A DNA stretch of 64,000 nt from the NCBI RefSeq assembly GCF_009914755.1, contig NC_060926.1. One strand, written 5' to 3'. A program made the position numbers and the translations under genes. Under the pieces are notes generated by a model. It saw nothing but the letters and a program-made list of their open reading frames with translations. It was not told the DNA's origin and made no database searches. Of the stretch, positions 42,935-55,299 are shown one piece after another (the first letter of the stretch is position 1; every line of letters starts with the position of its first letter). This DNA comes from the human T2T-CHM13v2.0 reference genome, Homo sapiens.

Positions 42935-43442
42935 TTTTTTTTTTTAAATGTATTTATTTTTATTATACTTCAAGTTTTAGGGTACATGTGCACATTGTGC
43001 AGGTTAGTTACATACATATACATGTGCCACGCTGGTGTGCTGCACCCACTAACTCGTCATCTAGCATTAGGTGTATCTCCCAATGCTATCCCTCCCCCCT
43101 CCCCCCACCCCACAACAGTCCCCAGAGTGTGATGTTCCCCTTCCTGTGTCCATATGATCTCATTGTTCAATTCCCACCTATGAGTGAGAATATGCGGTGT
43201 GTGGTTTTTTGTTCTTGCAATAGTTTACTGAGAATGATGATTTCCAATTTCATCCATGTCCCTACACAGGACATGAACTCATCATTTTTTATGGCTGCAT
43301 AGTATTCCATGTTAAAAAGTCAGGAAACAACAGGTGCTGGAGAGGATGTGGAGAAATAGGAACACTTTTACACTGTTGGTGGGACTGTAAACTAGTTCAA
43401 CCATTGTGGAAGTCAGTGTGGCGATTCCTCAGGGATCTAGAA
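42935..43442 (-). mobile_element. Truncated L1PA2-like element with 5' inversion
   Basis: 42935-43311 is the antisense L1 3' end with poly-T (GAG diagnostic, cccactaactcgtcatc, so not Ta). 43312-43442 is a sense ORF2 piece. 15-bp TSD ctctctgtgtttctt at 42920-42934 and 43443-43457. Confidence 0.95.
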
Positions 43443-43838
43443 CTCTCTGTGTTTCTTAATCACAACATGTGTCACACTGAGACCTAATTGTTCCCATATT
43501 TGGCTATCTCTAACTTTAAACATTAAGCTACTTGAAAGCAAGACTGAAACCTTTCGCAGCATATAGCAGATAGGTATGCATACTCATTGTTGAGTAAATG
43601 AAATATTTCAGTGGCTATTGGGTCCCAAAAGCAGGCCTAAGGTACACCAGTATGCTGAGGAGGCCTCAGTTTTTAATCTGATTCCAACATTGCCACCTCA
43701 CAGTGTACTGGTCTGGTTTTTCCATCTCTAATTTGACCAGGTTGGACCAGAGAGGCTATCTTCCAGTATGTTCTAAGTTTCAGTGATTTACCCATTTTGA
43801 ATCACCAAAGTTACAATTTATTTCAAAGATGATTATTT

Positions 43839-43864
43839 CTAACTGATTACATGTGTTCCCATAG
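43839..43864 (+). promoter_or_regulatory. CTNNA2: Branch point (ctaac, 43839-43843) and 3' splice site of the CTNNA2 start exon
   Basis: yUnAy consensus about 23 nt upstream of the exon, followed by tgtgttcccatag. Confidence 0.7.
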
Positions 43865-43971
43865 GGAGCATGACTTCGGCAACTTCACCTATCATTCTGA
43901 AATGGGACCCCAAAAGTTTGGAAATCCGGACGCTAACAGTGGAAAGGCTGTTGGAGCCACTTGTTACACAG
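43865..43971 (+). other. CTNNA2: CTNNA2 first coding exon (5 nt UTR + 102 nt CDS)
   Basis: tag|GGAGCATG ... ACACAG|gtaagg with canonical splice sites. Confidence 0.97.
43870..43971 (+). CDS. CTNNA2: Catenin alpha-2 (alpha-N-catenin), codons 1-34, partial CDS
   Basis: Translates to MTSATSPIILKWDPKSLEIRTLTVERLLEPLVTQ, the alpha-N-catenin N-terminus (vinculin/alpha-catenin family LEPLVTQ motif). A at -3 of the ATG; phase-0 donor. Confidence 0.98.
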
Positions 43972-44589
43972 GTAAGGGATGCTTTGAAACCACTTTGTTA
44001 TATATGTGTTTCTATTGTGATTATATCCTGACTCTTGGAAAAACTTAGACATCCTTAAAAGAGAATAAATCATGCCATGATTCCGATTACTGAATATATA
44101 TTACTGCCTGAACTATGGGCAATCTCATTGCCCTATAACATTTGAAGTGGCTTTTAAAAACTATTTGTATGATTTTTGAAATTAAGTTGATGAGATAATT
44201 GAAGAGGGGTCCTTGGTGAAGGGGGCCCTCATTTACGGTAATGGGTTCAAAGTCTAAATAAACTATTCCTCCTGCACTTTCAGATGCTAATGCACCATTA
44301 GGAAAAACTGTGTTGACTATACAACAGCAATGTATATTTATTGAATTACTTTTCTTTCAGTTTACAAAGCAGAATTCATCCTGTTGGAGTGATGAGATGT
44401 TCCATTTTTGTGTTGTCACAGTTGTCACATTTCCACAAGATAACGGTCAACAGAAAAATATCATCAGGATTTTTAAGTGTTATAAGTTATTTTTTAGTGT
44501 CTTGTTAAGCATGCTCTTTGCTATTTTAACTCTGAGATTCCTGGGATGTGATTTTTTTTTTTTTTTTACCAAATTATAATAGAGGCATT

Positions 44590-47020
44590 TGTATTGTCCT
44601 GTGGCTGCTATAACAAATTCCTATCTACTTAGTGGCTTGAAGCAGCACAAATTTATTATTCTAGAGGTCAAATATCCTAGTCAAGGTATTGGTTGGCTTG
44701 CATTCCTTCTGGAAGCTCTAGAAGAAAATCCATTTTCTTGCTTTTCCCATCTTCTAGAAACCACATCACTTCTTTGACCCCTTTCTCTATATTCAAATCC
44801 AGCAATGTAGCATCTTCAAATTTCTCTTGCACTCTGACCTTTGCTTTTGTCCTTGCATCCCATCTCTGAAATTGTCTTTCCTACTTCCTTCCAATAAGGA
44901 CCCTTGTGATTATGTTCGGTCCACCCAAATACTCCAGAAAAATCCTCCCATCTCAAGATCCTTAACCCAATCACATCCAAAAAGGCTTCTATTGCCATTT
45001 AAGGTAACATATTTACAGTTTCCAGGGATTTGGATGGAGTTGCTTTGAGGACCATTATTCAGTCTGCCATAGTTTGCCCTCTGGCTCCCCAAAGATTCAG
45101 ATCCTTCCTTTATGCAAAACACATTACACCACATTCTCAGGTCTCCAAAAGTCTCAACCAATCATAGCATCAACTCAAGTTCAAAATATCATCTAAATTT
45201 CATCAGCTTAAAAGTCCCAAATCTCATTGTCCAAATTATTTAAATTAGATATGGCTGAGGATCTCTTTATAATCTGTCCTTGAGCAGAGTTCCTCTCCAT
45301 CTGTGTAGCTGTGAAACTACAAAACAAATTATATGTTCCCAAAATGCAATGGAGGGACAGGCATAGGATAACAGTTACAGACATTCCTACATAAAAAGGG
45401 ATAAAGTGGAAGGAAAAAGGAGTTGCCAGTCTCAAGAAATGTAGAAATCTACATGGGAAAATTCCATTAGATTTCAAGGCCTGTGAATAATCCTCTGTGG
45501 CTTGAGTCTGCTCTCTGGGCCTAGTTCAGAATTATTTCTTCATTTTCATGAAGGGTTGCACATATTTTCAACCAGGTATTCTTGTCATCCATCTCCTACC
45601 TGTAGAATTTTGAGTGTCCATTCAGCCTTCGTGCATTTCATCCCTTTTCTGCCTGTATCAGTCCAAGCTGATGGTGTTACCACCGTTGTAGGATTCTCAA
45701 GAACATTGTGATTTTCCTATGCACATCTCCAGGATTCACTCCATTAGAAAAACAGGCTCCTCTACAGATCTTTCTTGGATAATTTCATCTCCATTTTTGG
45801 CCTCTGTTGAAGTGGCTGAGGGGATCCATGAATTACATGCCTAATCACTTCAAAGAGCCCTCCTTTCACTTGGACCTTTTAATCCTTATATGGCACTAGG
45901 AAAATGTTATCCAGACATAAAATTGGCTTTCTCTTCAAGTATGCTTTCTTGAAAGCACGTCTCCTAATTTTAGCCTTTTGAAGTCTTCATACGTTGAGAA
46001 TTTTCCCAATCATCAAGTCCTGGTTTCTTTTGGCTTAATAGTTATTCCCTTTATTCATCTTTTTCCTCTCACATTTCACTATAAACAGCAAGAAGAAACC
46101 AGGCCACTCTTTCAACACTTTGCTTAGAAATCTCCTCAGCTAAATATGTAAGTTCATCACTTGTAATTCTGACTTCCACGTAATTGTAGGAATCCGTCCA
46201 GCTGAGCTTTCTGCCACTATGAAACAAAGATTCTCTTTTCTCCGGTTTCCAATAACATGTTTCTCATTTCCTTCTGAGGCCTCACCAGCATCTCCTTTAA
46301 TGTCCACATTTCTACCAACGTCTATTTATGGCAACTTAGATACTCCCCAAGAAGTTAATGGTTTTCTCTACCATGCTCCTCACTTCCTTCTGAGTCTGCA
46401 CCAGCAGAGCCTTTAACCAAATCTTTATTTTTAATAACAGTCTGTTCAAGGAGATCTATAATTTTTGTATTATGCTTCTCAAAATTCTTCCAGCCTTTTC
46501 TCATTACCAATTCCAAAGCCACTGTCTACATTTTTAGGTATTTGTTACTAGCAGCGCCCCACTTCCAAGTACCAAAATCTGTGTTAGTTTCCAATTGCTG
46601 CTATAACAAGTTTTCACAAATGTATTAGCTTAATATAAAACACATTTATTGTATAGTCCTGGGGGTGAAAAGTTCTAAGACCAGTGTGGCTCTAGGGAGG
46701 CATCTAGTTCCTTGCCTGTTTCAGTGTCTGCAGTCCACCTGCATCCCTTGTTTGTGTCACCTTCTTCCATTTTAGAGCCAGTAGCACAATGCTCCAGATC
46801 CCTCCGATTTCAGCTTAAACTGTTATATTTCCTTCGATGAATCTTAACTCTACTCCTTCTCTCTTATGAAGAAGATCCTTGTGATTACAATGGGCTCACT
46901 CATATATTCCAGGATAATCTCTCCATCTTGACATCCTTAACCTAAGCACATCTGCAAATTCCCTTCTGCCATTTAAGGTAGCACATTCGCAAATTCCAGG
47001 GATTAGAATGTGGACATCTT
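44590..47020 (-). mobile_element. MaLR provirus, MLT1C-like: 3'LTR 44590-45071, internal 45072-46579, 5'LTR 46580-47020
   Basis: Two homologous LTRs share gctgctataacaa, ccttgtgatta and tgccatttaaggta. On the minus strand, gattttggtacttggaagtggg follows the 5'LTR and a purine tract gggagccagagggcaaac precedes the 3'LTR. Confidence 0.85.
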
Positions 47021-47169
47021 TGTATGTAATTGGAGAACATTTTATGAGATTCATGCATATTTTTCATTCAGTCATGACTCTTGTTAGTTCTATAAAAATT
47101 TCTGCAAGAAGCACCTAATACTGATATGCTTACCTAATACTGATAGGAAGTATGTTGGCCACCTACTCA

Positions 47170-47435
47170 GATTGTACCCTGTGGCCTAGGGTTGATTCAT
47201 GAATTTTTTATGGTCTGCAGTAAGAACAAAATTGAGGATAAACACTTGAAATTTTTATAGGAATTTGACAGTAATTTTTTGTCTGCTGAACCTAAATATA
47301 AAATATGGACTTATAATTGTATATGTTTAATTTTTAAAATTATTCATGATGTTGTGTTTTATAAAATATTGGTCTGTGAGATATTGGAATAATAAAAATG
47401 TAGCCTTTCATCACAGATAGCTTGAGAAAGACTGG
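47170..47435. mobile_element. hAT-Charlie fragment
   Basis: Ends tcacagatagcttgagaaagactg, a Charlie-type terminus. Confidence 0.45.
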
Positions 47436-47859
47436 CTTAGGAGATATGTTGGAGTCAGAACAATCTGGTCTAAAAGGTACTTCTGCCAGATCAGTTAAAA
47501 AGTGAGTGACCTTTTCCTAGCCTTGGAGTTTACACTTAAGAGTACCTATAAGTATATTTAATCCTTATCATACAGATTAAATGAAAGAAAATATTAGAAT
47601 ACAGTACCTGGTATAAAACAAACATTGAGTAAATGTAGCTTCTGTTTTTCCTGTTTGATGGCTATATATTCAGGCTCATGCTAGTCATAAACCAATACTG
47701 TGTAATTTATGAGAAGGATGTAAGTGAATTAGGCATGGGCTAGCACAATATTACACTTATAGAGCCTTATGTGTTAAAATTTATGTACTTATATTTTACC
47801 CTTGAATTTAGCTTATCTAAATCATAGCACATCTAAGATTATAATTAAAAATTCTTTTT

Positions 47860-48157
47860 GGCTGGGCGTGGTGGCTCATGCCTGTAATCCCAGCACTTTG
47901 GGAGGCCAAGGCAAGAAGATCACTTGAAGTCAGGAGTTCGAGATTAGCCTGGCGAACATGGCAAAACCCCATCTCTACTAAAAATACAAAACTTAGACAG
48001 GCATGGTGGTACATGCCTGTAAACCCAGCTACTCAGGAGGCTGAGGCAGGAGAATCACTTGAACACAGGAGGCAGAGGTTACAGTGAGCCAAGATCATGC
48101 CACTGCACTCTAACCTGGGCGACAGAGCGAGACTCCATCTCAAAAAAAAAAAAAAAA
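47860..48157 (+). mobile_element. AluS (AluSx/Sz-like)
   Basis: Full dimer with A tail. Confidence 0.95.
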
Positions 48158-48849
48158 TGTCTTTTTCATATACCTTTTAGTCCAGTTATCTAAAGTCCTT
48201 CTGTTGCAGACAAAAGCAATGCATTAAAATATTTTCTCAAATTAAGGACAGTGAAGTGGCTAATTCATATTTGTTCACATAATACAGTAGAATGCTTAAA
48301 ACTTTTCTTGAATTTCATACAGAGATTTGGCACTGTAAGTAGTCTTAACATCCTTCCAGTCCCCTATCTATATGCCTTATATTTCCTCCTAGTATTCCAT
48401 ACTGATTTAAAAAAATTAAATATGTGAATTTTAAGATGGGATTTTCCTTATGATATTACTTCCCTACAATACATGACTGTGTTATCAATACTAACTAATT
48501 CTTCCCTTGGAATTAAACCTTCATGATAGGACTGATGTGACTGTTGACCCTTAAAAGACTTATGAATAAGGAAGAAGAGATAAGGGAATATTAGCTATAA
48601 ACTTCTTACTCAACATTTAAAGCAAACTGGAACTGTGAGAGGGAACCAAACCAAGGCCCCAGTTGTATCAAACACATACACACAACTTTATGAATTGAAC
48701 AAAATTCATAGCAATATGCAATGATACAGTTTGCTCATAGCTATCCCACAGTTTCTAATAAGGATGGATAAGGGATGAAATGAAAAACAGAAGTTATGGG
48801 GTTCTGAGTAGAATTCTTTCACTGTCATGAGAAAAATGACATTAGGAAT

Positions 48850-50380
48850 TTACTGTTGATTAATATTTAAAATATCCCACAAAACCTTACCTTATATCAA
48901 TAATGATATATATGAGGCCTATACATTTATTGTATAATGTTGAAATGGCAAGATTCCTTTTGGAGAAATTGTACATTATTAAAATGATGAAACTGCTAAT
49001 GAGAAGAGATATTCATCTTAGGAAGTTTAGTCCTTGAAAGTGTCTGAACTTTTTATAAATTCAAAAAAGGAAGGAGTTTCAATAGGTCACATTCTGTATT
49101 AAGAAGCCTTATTAGAAAACTAACACAATTTATTAGGCAACTTTATTACAAAACTAAAAAAAAATTATTAGGAAATTAAGAAACACTCTTAGATAACTCT
49201 TAGAACCAAAGGGAAATTACAACTATATATGAGTTAATGAAAAAGAAGATCCCTTCCTAACAAAATAGGCACATCCAGTAAAAGCTATCATCAGTATAGA
49301 ATTTTAGCTTTAGATAGCTTTGAAGAAAGAAAAGATATAAAAAATAAACTATGAATCTTAAGGAATTAAAAAAAATCAAAAGAAACTAGGAAAACAGAAT
49401 TTAATAACAAGGAAAACTGGAATCACTAGAATAGAATGCAAATGTAAAAATGGCTAAATAAACTCAAAATTTGGTGATTCTTTGAAATGGCCAACATAAA
49501 CCCCTTGAGGCACAAATTATGGAAAATATATAAAGAAAGAATATATAAAATTGTAAATGAGAAAGCAGAAGTAAATCCCGAAACAAGAAAGGTTAAAAGA
49601 AGTATAGTAGAATATTAGGTGTGGCTCTGCAGTGATGAAGCATGAACATCTAAAGGAAGGGAATCAGTTCCTAGAAAAAAATAAATTACTAAAATATTTT
49701 CAAGAGAAAGTAGAAAACTGTAGTATTCCATTTAAATACTAGAGCTGTTTAAAGATCAGTTATCAAAAAAGCACCAGAACAGATGGATGTTTAGTTGAAT
49801 ATTACCAGACGCTTGTAGCGCTGATATTCCAGTGTTCTTTAAATGATTCCAACCATAGAAAAATATAGAGAACATTAATCATTTTTTAGAGAATCATAAT
49901 TTTAACATTAAAAGTTTAAGTCACATTCTAAAACTTTTTAAAGAAAAAGACAGTGATGATTCTATGTCATTTGAAAATTTAAATGCAAAAAAGAAACCTA
50001 CCTAAGCTATTAGTAAATAGCACCCAGCAGTATATGAAAAGATCAGCATAAGTGTGAAAAAAAATAGGATTTTTAAAGAATATAATGGTGGCCTATATTT
50101 AGAAAACAAATAAAAATACTTTAGTATATCAATAGATTATATCATTAGATACTAAAAAGATATTTAATAGAATTTTGCAGTTATTTCTAATAAAAATTCT
50201 AAGACTAGGATCAATCTTTTAAAATAATGTACCACGTAAATTTTGGAAAAGGACTAATAAAGCCCTCTTTGGGATATAATTTTTATATCATTACAAGTAA
50301 TATGAAAATGAGGTTAGGTTGCTAGATATAAGATAAATATACAAAAAATAATTTTGTATCTATTCAAAGGGAAAGAATTC
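48850..50380 (+). mobile_element. Highly decayed L1M ORF2 region
   Basis: A-rich L1 remnants (aaacactcttagataactcttag, aattactaaaatattttcaagagaaagtagaaaactg, aaaaaagcaccagaacagatgg). Confidence 0.65.
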
Positions 50381-50494
50381 AAAACAAAGATATTTCTTTA
50401 TAATTGAAAAATTATAAGGTCAATTATTTTTTTCTGTATGAAGTGCATATTGATGTTTTAATTTCATTTGCAGTTTTGTAATTTATTATATCAT

Positions 50495-50720
50495 TGGAGC
50501 AGAGATTGTGGATGCATAGGCTTTAGAGTCAGAGAGGCTCAATTGTAAATCCTGTATTCATGGTGATAGCTTCAGTAGTTTACTTAACCGCTCCTTAAAT
50601 GTAAAATATAGATAATAATAATTTCTACATCATAACAGTATTGAAAGGACAAGTGAGATGGTTTAAAGGGACTAGAAATGCCTAATGGTATGCTTACAGT
50701 AATACAGGCTTGCTTTCAGT
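50495..50720 (+). mobile_element. MIR
   Basis: ggctttagagtcagag...ttacttaacc...tgtaaaatatagataataata. Confidence 0.65.
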
Positions 50721-52027
50721 ACCATTTTCTTTACCATTTAATGGTAATGGCTTTCGCTTAATAAAACATAGGTGTCATATCTAATACAGGGATTCATTTG
50801 GATACTTTTTAGAAAAAATATTTTAATGGAGATTTATAAAAACATGGATTTGCTTATTGCATTAACAAAAGATAATTAAAACGGAAACCTGTGAAGTTAT
50901 TGAGAGTTCAACCTTTACCTTTTCAGGAAGCTAATGAAGCACTGGCCATCAAAATGAGTTGGCCATCAGAATAGAATTTGCTGAAATTTTGTTCTTTTTT
51001 TTTAATAGAAGATGAACCTGAAACTTAATAAATAACACTAAACATCTGATAAAAGAATATCATTGATGTTTAATGAGCTGTTCTAAAGTAGCCAAATAGG
51101 GAAGGAACCTCCTAAGAAGAGGAGCTCTCTTTAATCATTTCCAGTATTATTTTGAGCAATGTTCGTGGGGCCCTGTGAAATTAGGCTCTGGTGAATTTTA
51201 TAGTTGAACCATTTTAAATTTTACTCCAAAATTTAATAATTATCTCAAGCTAATTAGCACTTTATATATTTTAAAAACATTTTAAAAGTTAAAATTTCAA
51301 TTTTATATTTTTAAAAAGTAATCAATTTTCTCCCTCTTTATATTTAATTTATTATAACAGGAGTAAATTTTCTGTGAGTCACAACAATAGTTCATTACTT
51401 TGGTGCAATTAAAATCAGGGAAACAGGAGGTTCAGATTTAAAATTAGAAGATTTAGAGCTGAAAGTGATTCCAGAAATAAATGAACACTTAGAAGCAAAG
51501 TAACTTCTGAGAGTTGATCCAGTGCCTCTTTTTTTTTTTTTTTTTGCTACACCATACACTTTCTTATAGAATTTACAAAATATAGCATTTTATGCAAGAA
51601 TTTACTGAAATAATCAAAATATAAAGTGAGGCATCATTATAGTCATTTTTCCATCTATCCAGAGAATATCATTATTGAGAGTCACCTTAATTCATGGTTT
51701 ATTCATGATATTGATAAATGAATACATTTGGGTGGTTTCTATGGTGGCACTACAGTGTTACCATAAGTTGTGCATGCATTTTTGTCAAAGAATTGAAATT
51801 GCATGAAAGGTAAAGGATGTGCTAAAAGTGAATGATGTGAACTCCATTAAGACTGTTTGATGTTTGATCTAATTCATGTATAGTGTGATTAACCCATTTC
51901 CAAGTATATTTTCCCATTTTTATTTATTTACCTTTGTTTTCATACTAGGTTCCATTTTCATTTTTGAATGATATTTTTCTTGCCTTGAAAAGTATTTCAG
52001 ATTATGTGTCTTTAAAGAAAGTTTTGG

Positions 52028-52325
52028 GGCCAGGAGCAGTGGCTCATGCCTGTAATCCCAACATTTTGGGAGGCCAAGGCAAGAGCATCACTTGAGGCCA
52101 GGAGTTCGAGACCAACCTGGGAAAAACAGAGAGACCAGTCTCTACTAAAAGTTTTTAAATAAAAGTTATCCAGGTGTGGTGGCACATGCCAGCTGCTCTG
52201 GAGGCTGAGACAAGAGAATTGCTTCAGCCCAGGAGTTCCAGGTTATAGTAAGCTATGATGGTGCCAGTGCACTCCAGCCTGAGCAACAGCATGAGATCCC
52301 ATCTCTAAAAAGAATAATAATAAAA
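52028..52325 (+). mobile_element. AluJ
   Basis: cacttgaggccaggagttcgag, gcccaggagttccagg, agctatgatggtgcc. Confidence 0.9.
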
Positions 52326-52404
52326 CTTGGGGGTGAATGAAGTACCTTAAGTATCATAAGTTTATTGAAAACTGCTAAATCTCTGCATCTTTCCTTGTCA
52401 AATA

Positions 52405-52711
52405 AATACATATGTATATATACATACATATTACATACAAATAGCATGTGCAATATACACACACAAGTAGTATGTATGTATGCAAATAGCATGTTTACAA
52501 ATACAAATACTATGTATATATAGTATATATTTGTATATATGTATGTATACTATATATGTGTATATACATATGTATGTATATACACATATGTATGTGTATC
52601 CATATGTATATACATATGTATGTGTATATACATATGTATGTGTATGTATACTATACATATGTGTATGTATACTAAATACATACACATATATAGTATACAC
52701 ATACATATGTG
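52405..52711. repeat. TA/TG/CA low-complexity simple repeat (tatacacatatgtatgtg-like units)
   Basis: About 300 bp of largely alternating purine-pyrimidine sequence. Confidence 0.92.
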
Positions 52712-54059
52712 AACAGAATTTGAATATAAGTAACTAAGTTGTGATTTATAAATTTACCTGTATTACATATATTAATATTTAATTGAAAGACTATAAAATA
52801 TTTTTATTGTTTTATAAATATGGTTTTGTATTTTAATATAAACATTTCTTAAGTTGCTATGTTTTTACAGTAGGTATGTATACCCAAAGTAGTTAATATA
52901 TTGGAAACACTTCTTTGAATTGAGGTCCTCTGGTAGTTTGTTCAGTAGTTAGTGTGTTTCCACTTCTGAAATAGGAGTTTAATTAACCAGTGTGTAGTCT
53001 GGAATTAGATTAATTTCTGTTTTGGGATTATGCTCAATATTTTAATGTCTGCCACCAGATGGGAGTGATACTCTTTCTGTTATATGGCCAGCTGTGTTGG
53101 CCATGTTTTGAAACTTGAGTAATGTACAGAACCCTTTTAAAATAAGGAAAAAAGGGAAAAAAGCCCCAAATTCCAAAGTGGGCTTAAACTAGTATAAACA
53201 TGGAATTATGTAATGCATGTATGTTTATCCATAAAGAAATTTATAAAATAAGTACAAAAAATACAAAAACAAAGCAATTAAAATCAACATCAACTTGATG
53301 GATGATACTGTTTTGCTGAAATTAAATCACTGTGTATGATGTAAATGTTGGTGGTGACTGCTCTAGCTCCCTGTCTTTTGTGTTTGGTGAACACACACCA
53401 CCCTGTGCCATGTGATAAGTCACTTCTTTCCTCACCTTCAGAACCACCTACTGCAAATCACAGCTATTTAGTGCACCATGGTATCATTGCACTCTGTTTA
53501 GCATAAATATTTTCACAGTTAACATGTGACATCTGCCCTTTTTCCCTTCTTATTAGCCTAGGGAGATGAAAGTTAAGTAGCAAAACTTGTGATAGTTTTA
53601 GAATACAAGCTAACTATATTAACATTGATAAAACTACCTATTCTTCCATCAAAATATTTACTTTAAATAATTTCTAGTATAAACACAGTGATTATTTTAT
53701 GAATGCTAATAAGAGAAATGCCATTTAGTAGAAGATAAAAGAGGAGTCTATGAAATGACTGTGTTTAATGTACTACTCAATTGATTAAATCTTATTTTTA
53801 ATTTAAAAAGACATTCTTGGGGTTTCCCCCACAAGATACTAAGGCCCAGTTCACCAATCCTGGTTTCTCTTATTCCTCTTACAAGTTATAGGTTGGGGCT
53901 CACCCATAGGGGTGATCTAAGATGCTGGACTAGATTTTCAAAACTACTTTGATTAGAATCTTTGCTTTGCACACTCATTACTGCTGTGGTCTTAGGAGGA
54001 GCTCCTCTCAATGAGTATGCAACTGACCACAGATAATCCTTGAAGAGAAAAAGGGGAAA

Positions 54060-54240
54060 GGTGCTAATGTTTCTTGAGTAGGTACTAAATGCCTGGTGCT
54101 GACCTAGGCATTTCCATTACTTCTTGTGTCAACTTGGTAAGGTCAGTATAGTTTTATTTTCTTACAGATTAAAAAAAAGATAGATCACATAATTAAAGGT
54201 CTAAGGTGAGTTAGACTGAGTAGATCTGAAGCTCCTAAGG
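54060..54240 (-). mobile_element. MIR fragment
   Basis: cttgagtaggtactaaatgcctggtgc...ttttcttacagat. Confidence 0.5.
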
Positions 54241-55299
54241 AAAATGTGGACTGAAAATACTGAAATGGTAAGTTGGGAGTACATTAACCATGGAGAATGT
54301 GAAGGGTAAAAGGGAAGAGAGTAAGGAAATAAATAGGTGAGAAGGGAAGAGCTACCAACATTAAACAGACAAAGGAAAGGAAACAAGCAGAAGATGGAAC
54401 AGATGTTTAGAGTAAGGATTTAGTACCTTTTCTTGTTTGTATCGCCTAATCTTTGTCCAAATCTGCTGTTTGCTGACATGCACACAATTCCTAAACAAAT
54501 CCCTTGACATTCAAATGAATATATTAAACTAAAACCCATTTTTTCCTATTAAATGGTTAATGCATATGAATATGCACTCTTCCTTTTATTCTGTTTTGCG
54601 ATAAAATCAAACCTTAAAAGTATTTTCCATTTCAGTGAATACTTAGCAAATACTGTCAATGGGAAAAAAATGGAATTTAAAACTACATTTAAAATGCAAG
54701 TAATGTCAGAGAAAAATAATGATATCTTTATGTGCTTGAAATGGGACAATTAGTGAAATCTTATGCATGCTAATTCAAAAATTTCAAGGGAAAGATTGGG
54801 GGCGGTTAGCTAACAAAATTGCTTTTAACTATTTTGGACAATGTAGAAATATTATCTGAACTGGAGACCAAAAAATCCATTACACCAAGCAGGAAAATGC
54901 CTACGAAGTGACAGAATTGAATTTACGCAGGAAGCTCTCAACTAGCAAACTAATTAAAGCTTGTCAGAGATCTGAGATAAAGGATTGGGGCATGTCAACA
55001 CACTGGCTTATATGTTTCTTGTCATCCGATTGAAAGTAGGAAAGGTAAGCCCTATTTTCACATAACTAAAGAGGGAAGGCCAGCACAAGCAATAAAAAAA
55101 CTAACCAGTGATTTTTCTTTCATTCTGAAAACAAAACTCTAAGTCTTTCTTGTAACATGGATATCTTGACTTTGGTGTCACCATCTCATGGGATTTATTT
55201 CCTCCCCCATTAGCTCTGCCTTCTCTTTGCTTTACTGTTTCCTGGCCTAGCCTTTAAATGTTCACGCTGTTCAGGCCTCCGACTTGGTTGGTACTCCTC

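Noticed and set aside
42835-43302. 155-aa ORF
   Set aside because: Antisense read-through of the L1PA2 3' end, a common spurious ORF.
43851-44048. 65-aa ORF overlapping the CTNNA2 exon
   Set aside because: Wrong frame; it starts in the acceptor region and runs into the intron. The real frame starts at 43870.
52253-52737. Y/I/C/H/T-rich ORFs
   Set aside because: Translation of simple repeat.
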